From assembly GCA_017555565.1 (NCBI GenBank), contig JAFZGF010000061.1, positions 14,431 to 78,430 of the forward strand: DNA of 64,000 nt, given 5' to 3'. Both the position numbers and the translations under genes were made by a program. This stretch comes from Oscillospiraceae bacterium (GTDB lineage: Bacteria > Bacillota > Clostridia > Oscillospirales > Ruminococcaceae). The notes under the pieces were generated by a model that saw only the letters and a program-made list of their open reading frames with translations, was not told where the DNA came from and searched no databases. Below are positions 53,672 to 62,009 of the stretch, one piece after another (the first letter of the stretch is position 1; each line of letters begins with the position of its first letter).

Positions 53672-55168
53672 TTATAATATATTTATATTATATATGTCAT
53701 TTGTTTTTTTAAATTCAACCTCAGCCGGAAAAGGGTTCACACCTACATTTGCAAGTGCAACCATATTGAAAGACCATTCTTTCAGCTCATCTGGAAGCAA
53801 ATAACACACCGGTGTATCGTTCTCCATAATTGTTATACACGCTTTTTCGAAGTTACCAAAGAAACCAACATTTAATACAGCATATACCACTGCTTCATCT
53901 TTAATAGGTAACATTCCATGTTTACTATAATCAATATAGCATTTAGCGCCCTTTTGATTGTAATATGTGCCATCTTCTGGTATTTTCGTTGCATCAATTT
54001 TAATTTTATTTCTCATTCTTTCAAATTCGTGCTGTAGTGTTGAAACAGCCATACTATTCAACCGGATCTGATGTTTTTCGCCACTGATTTTTCTAAAATC
54101 ATTAATGTTTTCAAAAGAATCAAAGTAATGCAAAATACAGATAAGATAAATTAAATTATCAGAGTATTTACCACTATAGATTTTATCCCATACTTTATGC
54201 TGGTCAATAATTACAGTTTTCAACTTTTTATATAGCCGTAAATGTTCTGATCTAATAGTGAACCAATCCTTTTTAATAAACTGGAGTTTTTTCGTGTCTT
54301 CTGTGCTGCCATATTCAAGAGAATTCGATATTGATTTTAAAAGTGAAGAAGTTATTCCAGCAATAAAATCTGCAATTCTAAGGCCTACATATTCATCTGA
54401 TTTGCCTTCTTCACAATTTTCAAGTCCTTCGGATTTTGACGCAGCTAAAGTTTTGCCTGCACCTTCTTTATCGATAACCAAATGATAATCATTTACATCT
54501 AATTCACTCATGTACTTTTTGAAGCCTTGAAATGCGATAGAATAGTTCCAGTCGAGCACAAAATCGCTTGAATATTCATTTAAAATTATGAGTGCTTGTT
54601 CAATCGCTTGATTTTCCAATGGTCGCTTATCTTCTTTTTCGTTATCTTTATATACTTTTCCTAAAAAGATTTTAAGCTCATCAATAAAGGAATTATCGTT
54701 TCGATATACGGCATCATATACATTTTCAGGGCGGTATAATGCTACTAATTTTGATATAGAATATCGCAGATTATCAGCATCAATAATTAAAGAGTTTCTG
54801 TAATTACTTAACAACTGAAGAATTAAATATTCAAATTTATTAAACACACTTATGTATATAAAAAGCTTATTATCTATTACAATATCCAACAAATCATTTA
54901 CAAGGTTTAAATCATTCTTTTTGAAAGAAGCAAACCCAGATTTGTACTTCTTTTTTGTTATATTGGTGCTTTTAAGTTCATCTTTTACTGTAAAAAGCTT
55001 TTTATATATTTCGTCAAATTTCAAATACTGCTGCTCTATTTCCTCACGAATTTCATTAGGATATCCTACAATACAAGCGACAAAATTTTCAGAAAAATTT
55101 TCTGCTGTTATAGTGTTTTTGGTTAGTGTTCTGCTATGTTCCGATTCATCATAAAAGAAAGTGTGCAT
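53672..55168 (-). CDS. DUF3800-family protein (second copy in window)
   Basis: It starts MHTFFYDESEHS (hydrophobic-DES motif) and carries LRIADFIAGITSS (the Q/R-IAD-x-IAG motif). GGAGG RBS. It starts 24 nt after the upstream gene. Confidence 0.65.
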   Translation of the reverse strand: MHTFFYDESEHSRTLTKNTITAENFSENFVACIVGYPNEIREEIEQQYLKFDEIYKKLFTVKDELKSTNITKKKYKSGFASFKKNDLNLVNDLLDIVIDNKLFIYISVFNKFEYLILQLLSNYRNSLIIDADNLRYSISKLVALYRPENVYDAVYRNDNSFIDELKIFLGKVYKDNEKEDKRPLENQAIEQALIILNEYSSDFVLDWNYSIAFQGFKKYMSELDVNDYHLVIDKEGAGKTLAASKSEGLENCEEGKSDEYVGLRIADFIAGITSSLLKSISNSLEYGSTEDTKKLQFIKKDWFTIRSEHLRLYKKLKTVIIDQHKVWDKIYSGKYSDNLIYLICILHYFDSFENINDFRKISGEKHQIRLNSMAVSTLQHEFERMRNKIKIDATKIPEDGTYYNQKGAKCYIDYSKHGMLPIKDEAVVYAVLNVGFFGNFEKACITIMENDTPVCYLLPDELKEWSFNMVALANVGVNPFPAEVEFKKTNDIYNINIL

Positions 55169-55192
55169 TTTATACCTCCGATTCTATTATTT

Positions 55193-57229
55193 CTATGTCT
55201 CAGATTGATTCTTCTGTCTAATATATTCATTCAAATATTTAAACGGAAATGGCAACACAGTATACTGTCCATTACGTACAAACTCAACAGCAAGAAGTTT
55301 CATCAATTGCTCGAAGAATATTTCTCCACCGATAGATACTACTTCACGGATTAAACACGCATTATGCAAAGATAAATTCAAGCTTGTACTCTTAGTTCCT
55401 ACAAAGTAATATAGTTTATCATAATTATAAAAATATTTTATATCCATCAAAGAGCCAAAGTATTCTTCTTTTATTTCTTTCACTTTAGGTGTTGGGTGTA
55501 ATAATATACCTCGTGTCTGATAAAGGTAACTATTAAATTCTTTTACTACCTTTTTTCTAATGTTTATTATTTCAAGAATTTCACCAATTGTTATTTCTTC
55601 TATATTTATTTCATTCAAAACGAGATATAAATTGGACAATTCTGCTGGCATTTCTTTAGATTCTGATTGTTCCGCAAATTCCTTTAAAGCCTCAATAATA
55701 ATTTCTACATTCACAAAACCATCTTTATCAGATAACCTTAATGCTCTTGCTAAGGTATCAATTTTAGGTAGTGTTGTTTGTTCCGTTTTCATTATTACAT
55801 TTATATTAGACTTATCGTAATATACAAGACCTTCTATATTTCTATTTTTAAATTCAGAATTATACTTTTCATAGGTATCGTATATTTCGATCCATTCATC
55901 ATCTTCTGTGAACTCTTGAGAATCCCAAAAGTCAAATTTCAATAAACCATCTTTAGAAACTGACATTCTATAAAATTTATAAAACTTTTTATTCTTTTCA
56001 CCTGTGTATTTCCAATAAGTTTTCCCGCACACAAATTTTATAGCATTTCTTTCATTCCAGTTAACTAATGATAATTTTTCATCAAATATATCTCCTTTGA
56101 TAAGAAGTTCCTGAATAATTTTTTTGAGTGCGGCATCCTCATTATCATCACTTTTCAGCTTAAAATCTTCTATAGTCACATGCTGAGCAATGCTATATCT
56201 TTTTGAATTTTTGTATTTATCAGAAATATTGTTTTTTTCATAATATTCTTTGTTGTGAATAATACTGATAGCATACGCATCATCAAGATAACGGTTAACA
56301 ATGCATTCTATTCCATAAACAGCCATCATTTTATCTTTTATCAAATTGGTTAGAGCAATAGAGTCAGCATCTTTTTCTTCATCAATTATGCATACACCTT
56401 TTTCTTTTAGAGTCTTTCCATATTCTTTTTCTTCAAAAGAATCATCAGAAATATCAACGCTATTGTAAACAGAATAAGTTCCAAACCCTATTTTGATATA
56501 ATCAGATAAATAATACTTCACATCATCCATAAATTCAGCATATATACCTACTTTACAATTTTGAAATTTCTTGTAACTACTAAAGTCCAGAAAATCTATA
56601 GCATTCTTTTTATTTGGATTCATAGAACGCTTGACATATATCTCGTCGTCTGGCACATTGTCTGCTGTTAATTTTTTTCTTAATCTGCCTGAATTCTCAT
56701 CAAATAAATATTTAGCATCTTTATTTTTTCCTTTAATTTTACTCAATAAAGAAAAGGTCTCTATATTCAACTTCAAGTAATTATCTTTTGAAAGAGAAAC
56801 CAAGATTGCAAAAAAGGTGTTCTTTTTCATAAATTCTTCTCTAAAATAATAGAGTTTCCCAGAAATGTTATTGAACTTCATTTCCTTTGTAGTTGGTGAG
56901 CCAAGCGTATTAAATAATAATTGTGCTAACACATTATCATAAATACTTTTACTTTGGGTGATGTCAACTTTATTAATGATTGATTCTGGATCTTCCAGCT
57001 CTAATGCAGCTTTAAAACTAGTGTAGTTTACTGTGCCTTTATCAAACATTACATACCATTCATTTCCCCAATTATAAACGACTGATTTAGCTAAAAAATC
57101 CTGACTACTAATGTCTAAAATATTACTTTTAAAGTAATTGCCCTTCTCTTTAGAAACTCTGAATATATCAAAGTCTCTGTCAATATTTTCACGATTAAAA
57201 TCGTAATTAAGCTTATTACAATAAATCAT
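55193..57229 (-). CDS. 678-aa partner of the helicase-nuclease; DdmE-like (pAgo-like) by size and synteny only
   Basis: Its start overlaps the helicase stop (TAATG). No NTPase or nuclease motif was seen. Length and position match DdmE (~690 aa), which follows DdmD in Vibrio cholerae. The C-terminal ...QYTVLPFPFKYLNEYIRQ is reminiscent of the PIWI C-terminal P-x-P-x-x-Y-A/L segment (weak). Confidence 0.4.
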   Translation of the reverse strand: MIYCNKLNYDFNRENIDRDFDIFRVSKEKGNYFKSNILDISSQDFLAKSVVYNWGNEWYVMFDKGTVNYTSFKAALELEDPESIINKVDITQSKSIYDNVLAQLLFNTLGSPTTKEMKFNNISGKLYYFREEFMKKNTFFAILVSLSKDNYLKLNIETFSLLSKIKGKNKDAKYLFDENSGRLRKKLTADNVPDDEIYVKRSMNPNKKNAIDFLDFSSYKKFQNCKVGIYAEFMDDVKYYLSDYIKIGFGTYSVYNSVDISDDSFEEKEYGKTLKEKGVCIIDEEKDADSIALTNLIKDKMMAVYGIECIVNRYLDDAYAISIIHNKEYYEKNNISDKYKNSKRYSIAQHVTIEDFKLKSDDNEDAALKKIIQELLIKGDIFDEKLSLVNWNERNAIKFVCGKTYWKYTGEKNKKFYKFYRMSVSKDGLLKFDFWDSQEFTEDDEWIEIYDTYEKYNSEFKNRNIEGLVYYDKSNINVIMKTEQTTLPKIDTLARALRLSDKDGFVNVEIIIEALKEFAEQSESKEMPAELSNLYLVLNEINIEEITIGEILEIINIRKKVVKEFNSYLYQTRGILLHPTPKVKEIKEEYFGSLMDIKYFYNYDKLYYFVGTKSTSLNLSLHNACLIREVVSIGGEIFFEQLMKLLAVEFVRNGQYTVLPFPFKYLNEYIRQKNQSET

Positions 57230-60200
57230 TAATTTAACTCTCCTTTCAAAAATCGCATAATGTTTTTATCAACATTTCCATCTTCATCAATCAGGCGAGG
57301 AATTTCGACAATCTCACCATCGTTATATGTTCCAACACCAAATTCTTTATCAGATACAATATTAACTATATATACCTTTTTCGCTCCTATTGATTGCATT
57401 TTACTTTTTATTTCTGCGAGTTTTGTGCTTCTATCTTCTGGATATCCATATTTCCAATGTTTAAAATCAACATATATGCCGTCGCTAATCTCATAGTCAA
57501 AAAACTCAAACTTAGACGGATCTGTAATTGGTTTTAGGTCTATTCCAAATTCTTTTATAAATATATAATACCCAGCGGCTTCTCCAAGCGCTCCTTTATA
57601 TATGTTTTGGAATAATACCGGTGACATTATCATATCCCCGTTGCCAAATTTTGTGGCCCATCCATTTTCATCAAAATATGTTTTCATTCCCGGATATTTC
57701 AAAATTTGCTGTAACCTTGATGTTTCCTCGTTTACACTAGAAATAATTTTATTTTTAGTCTTAGTACTTTCACCAAAAATCGCCATGTCATTGTCGTAAT
57801 CGATAACAACATCCGAAAAGTCTCCTTTCTGCGCAAACAGATAGTTAGAATCATTATTTTTATTGGTTATATACAGAGAATTAACAATGTCTTTAAAATC
57901 CTCATTTTTGATATCTGCTGTTGGATATGATAATACACAGTTTCTCAATTGATTCCATAATTCCATACTACGGCTTGTCCAGTTTCTTGATAACATTCGC
58001 ATTATATAGTTTTTGCCTCTGGATGATATTTTTTCCGCTTTATTTATTAACGTATCATCGCAATACGCATTTGATTTACTAAAATTATTTTTCAACTCAA
58101 CAACTGCTCTCATTTCTGGACTTAAAATAATATTTTCAATCTCAGATACATCCATTTTGGACAAAAGTTCTTCAATTAAAAAAATATAAATTGTTGAATT
58201 TTTGTTGAATGTTCTGCAAATTCGTCCTATTGCCTGAATTACATCTTTTGTAACGCTTTTGGCCACACTTTTCGATTTTCTAAGCTTTTCTATTGCTGTA
58301 TTATCTCGTTCATTACTACCGGAATAAGCTTTAAAGCCTTGCTTTATCAACCTATTAAGGCAATCAAAGTTTATTTCATTATTTTGATATAGATATTCTA
58401 CGTCAAAGAAGAAATCCAACATTTCTCTTTTCCCAAAATTCTCTTTATCATACACGTTCACAACAATGTGAGTTATATCTCCAAGGAAAATAGCATCTAT
58501 ATCTTTTGACAACATTCGATTATCATTTTCTATATCAGATTTAAAGACATTTACCGTTTTCACTTCAGCAGGGATTCTATATTGCATATTTTGACCGGCA
58601 CCAATAGTCTTATATGTTGATAAAATAAATACTTTTTTTCCTTGCTCAAGTTTTTCAATAATTAATTCTTTTTCTTCTTCAAAGTTATCACTTGTTAAAC
58701 ATGCTATTTCATAATCAGCTACGTCAAATAATTTTGCAAAATAATTTGCTACATCTTCTATGAGATGTAAATCAAACGAATTTTTATTGTATCTTGGTAA
58801 AACAGAGTTCAAGCATAGAAATGATTTTATATCCTGATATTCCATAAAACTTTTTATCGCTGAAAAAATATTACAGTATCTCTGCCATATATATTTATTT
58901 CCTTCAGATATTTTCATTAACTTCATTTCGTACTTTTTACAAATATCTAAATTGTCTCCAAAAATTTCAAGTGCTCGTTTTTCTAAACTGATTTTGCCTT
59001 TATTGCAGTTAATAATTTCTGATTTTATATTAACAATACCCTTTCCATACGCGTTCCAACGCTCTTCAAGCTCTTTTCGTAATTTTTTTGCTGTTGCATC
59101 ATCCACTGTTATAAAATTTTCTTTCAGCATATCAGATAAATATTCAATATCAAAATTGCCTGTTACAGTCTTTAATGTAGCCGTTGCAGAAATACCGATC
59201 ACTTTCGCTTTAGTAGACAGCTCAAGCATTATTTTTTCTGGAGTATTAGCAACCTGTACGTAATTAAAAATCGTTTTACTCAAATGCTCATCTGCATCAA
59301 CAAATTCAAAATACTTAAATCCATTATTGTAGAATGACATATCTGGTATAATCGAGTCAGCTTCGGCTTTATTCAAATTCAAAAGTCCATTTTGCATCAG
59401 ATTAATTTGATTGTTTGATAAAGAGAACTCTTTATATATTGATGATATTGCATTTTCTAATGTAAATCTGTTTTCGTGGTCACCTCTACGTACATTTTCT
59501 TCTTCGACATATTTTTCAGCCCAATTCATTACCATTATTCTAAATTTATTAAGAAAAGAATTTATATCTCGCACAAGTCCATACACTATAATGTCTTTTT
59601 CTGATTTGTTTGAGTTATATTCTTCTTTGTTTTCAAAATATATTTCTACATGGTTTTCTTCTTTATTTGGTGTAACTCGAATATAACTTTTATCATTTCT
59701 TAACATCGTATGATACGAATTATCATTGAACAAGAAACTTTGTCTTCTATCAACTCCGTCTCCATTTGTCTTATAACTATATTGCAAACAATAGTTATTA
59801 TATATTACTTGTGCCTCCTCGCTCAGAAGCTCTAATGTTATTGGTGAATTATTTTCTAGTGTATATTTATTGTATGGACGTCTTAATGCTTGCGGCAACT
59901 CATGAGTACTAATTGTTTTAAAAATCTGCTCAAACAATTTTATATAGTCATCTTGTGTATTCATTGCATTTTCGATGATGTGGTCTTCCATAGTCGCTTT
60001 AACGGCATCAAACTCATCAATAAACACAATTGAATCTTTAACGATATCACTCTTTATAAATTCATACGACGGCTCTACTAACGTGATGTTTCTTGACAGA
60101 AATTTTTTCATGGTAAGTAAATAGATTTTATAATCGTCCATAAACACTGTAGGGTATAATTCTCCTATCCACTCGTATTGTTTAAGATTTTTTATGCAAT

Positions 60201-60708
60201 GCTTTCGCTTACTTTTACTTAATGGCAGTTCTCGTTTTATAACCGACATTATTTCTCTTCTGAATGCTGGTTCATGTTTTTCTCGTACGTCTTTCTGCAA
60301 TTCTTTTATAAACTCATTAAGCGAAGCATCTCGTCTATTTTCCAATCTTTTTATTTTAGTTATGATTTCACACAGTTCATAATATGCTGATGATTTATAT
60401 TTAGTAGGAATATCTACATCCAATAATCTTTCATAAACCAATTCATAGGCAGATTTTATAACTAACACTTCTTTTTCAAATAAGTTTTCATGTCCATTAG
60501 ATTTATATATTTTCTTTAATTCTTCTATAGGTAAATTTTTTATAAGAGGGGTAACAAAAAACACTTTTTTACTATTTCTTTTTACTCTTTCATATTCATA
60601 AATACTTTGTGCTGCAGTATAAGTTTTGCCATATCCCACCGGCATATCAATCAATAACAAACCATTTTTTGTTTTATTTTTCATAAAATTATTAATTGTT
60701 TTTTGCAT
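57229..60708 (-). CDS. SF2 helicase fused to a C-terminal PD-(D/E)xK nuclease (DdmD-like architecture)
   Basis: Motif I LLIDMPVGYGKTYTA. Motif II VFIDEFDAV. Motif III VIGISATATL. Motif VI VIQAIGRICR. C-terminal nuclease motifs are GALGEAAG ... FFDYEI ... IYVDFKHW (E...D...D-x-K). 1159 aa. Confidence 0.75.
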   Translation of the reverse strand: MQKTINNFMKNKTKNGLLLIDMPVGYGKTYTAAQSIYEYERVKRNSKKVFFVTPLIKNLPIEELKKIYKSNGHENLFEKEVLVIKSAYELVYERLLDVDIPTKYKSSAYYELCEIITKIKRLENRRDASLNEFIKELQKDVREKHEPAFRREIMSVIKRELPLSKSKRKHCIKNLKQYEWIGELYPTVFMDDYKIYLLTMKKFLSRNITLVEPSYEFIKSDIVKDSIVFIDEFDAVKATMEDHIIENAMNTQDDYIKLFEQIFKTISTHELPQALRRPYNKYTLENNSPITLELLSEEAQVIYNNYCLQYSYKTNGDGVDRRQSFLFNDNSYHTMLRNDKSYIRVTPNKEENHVEIYFENKEEYNSNKSEKDIIVYGLVRDINSFLNKFRIMVMNWAEKYVEEENVRRGDHENRFTLENAISSIYKEFSLSNNQINLMQNGLLNLNKAEADSIIPDMSFYNNGFKYFEFVDADEHLSKTIFNYVQVANTPEKIMLELSTKAKVIGISATATLKTVTGNFDIEYLSDMLKENFITVDDATAKKLRKELEERWNAYGKGIVNIKSEIINCNKGKISLEKRALEIFGDNLDICKKYEMKLMKISEGNKYIWQRYCNIFSAIKSFMEYQDIKSFLCLNSVLPRYNKNSFDLHLIEDVANYFAKLFDVADYEIACLTSDNFEEEKELIIEKLEQGKKVFILSTYKTIGAGQNMQYRIPAEVKTVNVFKSDIENDNRMLSKDIDAIFLGDITHIVVNVYDKENFGKREMLDFFFDVEYLYQNNEINFDCLNRLIKQGFKAYSGSNERDNTAIEKLRKSKSVAKSVTKDVIQAIGRICRTFNKNSTIYIFLIEELLSKMDVSEIENIILSPEMRAVVELKNNFSKSNAYCDDTLINKAEKISSRGKNYIMRMLSRNWTSRSMELWNQLRNCVLSYPTADIKNEDFKDIVNSLYITNKNNDSNYLFAQKGDFSDVVIDYDNDMAIFGESTKTKNKIISSVNEETSRLQQILKYPGMKTYFDENGWATKFGNGDMIMSPVLFQNIYKGALGEAAGYYIFIKEFGIDLKPITDPSKFEFFDYEISDGIYVDFKHWKYGYPEDRSTKLAEIKSKMQSIGAKKVYIVNIVSDKEFGVGTYNDGEIVEIPRLIDEDGNVDKNIMRFLKGELN

Positions 60709-60793
60709 AATTAAAATCCTTTCTGTTCATATTTATTAAATTAAAGTTCTTTATTTTTATGATATGCCTTTAATTGCTTAAACTCAATATGCA

Positions 60794-60831
60794 GCATTTT
60801 AATTATATAAAATTTTGTATAATTAAAATGC
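60794..60831. promoter_or_regulatory. 38-bp near-perfect palindrome just upstream of the helicase promoter (candidate WYL-regulator operator)
   Basis: gcattttaattata-taaaattttg-tataattaaaatgc has 14-bp perfect arms, and the spacer is itself nearly self-complementary. On the minus strand it lies 6 nt upstream of a TTGAGT-17-TATCAT promoter (-35 at 60782-60787), which precedes the aaagga RBS and the ATG at 60708. Confidence 0.45.
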
Positions 60832-60863
60832 TCAATTATCTAAAAAATTAGATAATTGAGCAT
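60828..60863 (-). terminator. Terminator of the WYL regulator gene
   Basis: 15-bp stem atgctcaattatcta / tagataattgagcat with an A/T loop, 5 nt after the WYL gene stop. Confidence 0.55.
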
Positions 60864-60867
60864 CAAA

Positions 60868-61860
60868 TCATATTTTTACTTTTTCAATTAATTCTCGCAT
60901 ATTTTTTCTAACGGATTCTGGAGATAGTATTTCAACATCTCCCATACCAATTATCCATCCTAAAAATATATTAGACGGCACCGCTATAAAATTCACAATT
61001 AAATATTCTTCGTTTTCTTTTTCTATTTCTATATCTATCCCGAACTGATCGATAAACGCACCCGCAAGATGTTTTTTTATTCTAACAGTTATTTCTTTTT
61101 CATCTCCAGAAAACATTTCTTTGCGTCTTGAAACATATGTGCTAGCATCAAAGTTTTTGAACTCTTTTCGCCCATCTCGACGCATAGCATCAATAATACG
61201 AATATTTTTTAATTTATCTACCCTGTAACATCTCTCTTCGACTTTTCCATTAGAATTCTTATATCCATATAAATAATATCTATCATTGGCCAAAATAAAT
61301 GCCCACGGACTAAATACTCTTAAATCATCTCCATTCTTTACAAGACGTTTATTTTCATTCCATTGAAGATATTCAAAACTAATTTGTTTATCTTGTCGTA
61401 TAGCATCTTGGATTGTATCAATATTTCTCAAAATACTTTCATTATTTGCCTTTGCGACGTTTACTCCAAAAACTGTGCGATCTAATTCATCTTGTTCATA
61501 TATACTTATAATACTTTTCAAATTTTCTATAAGTTCTTTGGATTTCTGCGGTGTAATAAAGTTAGTTGCATTTATCAAATCCACAAGAATTTTCATTTCT
61601 GTTTTTCTGATAATCCTATCGTTATCGCTGATAGAATATCCCGCATAACGCCCTCTAGAATAAATCACTTCTATACCTAATTCCCGGTTTATCTCATCAA
61701 TATAACTATGTATAGTTTGCTGACTACATTTATGTCCCGACTCTTCCATTTTTCGCAAAATTTCAGACATAGACAAGCTATGTTCCTCATCAGTTTGTTC
61801 CATTAATATTTTCAAAAGAGCGAGGATGTTGCTTTTCGTAATATTATTTGATGAAGTCAT
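60868..61860 (-). CDS. HTH + WYL domain transcriptional regulator (BrxR/CapW-like)
   Basis: N-terminal wHTH (ILALLKILMEQTDEEHSLSMSEILRKMEESGHKCSQQTIHSYIDEI). The central WYL-domain segment is RVFSPWAFILANDRYYLYGY, followed by a C-terminal WCX-like region. GGAGG RBS. Confidence 0.8.
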   Translation of the reverse strand: MTSSNNITKSNILALLKILMEQTDEEHSLSMSEILRKMEESGHKCSQQTIHSYIDEINRELGIEVIYSRGRYAGYSISDNDRIIRKTEMKILVDLINATNFITPQKSKELIENLKSIISIYEQDELDRTVFGVNVAKANNESILRNIDTIQDAIRQDKQISFEYLQWNENKRLVKNGDDLRVFSPWAFILANDRYYLYGYKNSNGKVEERCYRVDKLKNIRIIDAMRRDGRKEFKNFDASTYVSRRKEMFSGDEKEITVRIKKHLAGAFIDQFGIDIEIEKENEEYLIVNFIAVPSNIFLGWIIGMGDVEILSPESVRKNMRELIEKVKI

Positions 61861-61961
61861 ATACTAACCTCCAATATAAAGTTTTATAATGCCATATAAA
61901 TACTTTTATATATAATATATCAATATTATCCCATATAATTAGGCCTTTTACAACATAATTT

Positions 61962-61995
61962 AAAACAAGCGAGGAAATATATCCTCGCTTGTTTT
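61962..61995. terminator. Bidirectional terminator after the AAA/DUF4143 gene
   Basis: aaaacaagcgagga-aatata-tcctcgcttgtttt. Confidence 0.7.
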
Positions 61996-62009
61996 GGCTA
62001 AATTGTTAA

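Noticed and set aside
54258-55354. Small plus-strand ORFs within or next to the second DUF3800 gene (54258..54485, 54852..55154, 55136..55354)
   Set aside because: They are antisense shadow ORFs in very AT-rich DNA. Their translations are Ser/Phe/Leu-rich, with no supporting signals.
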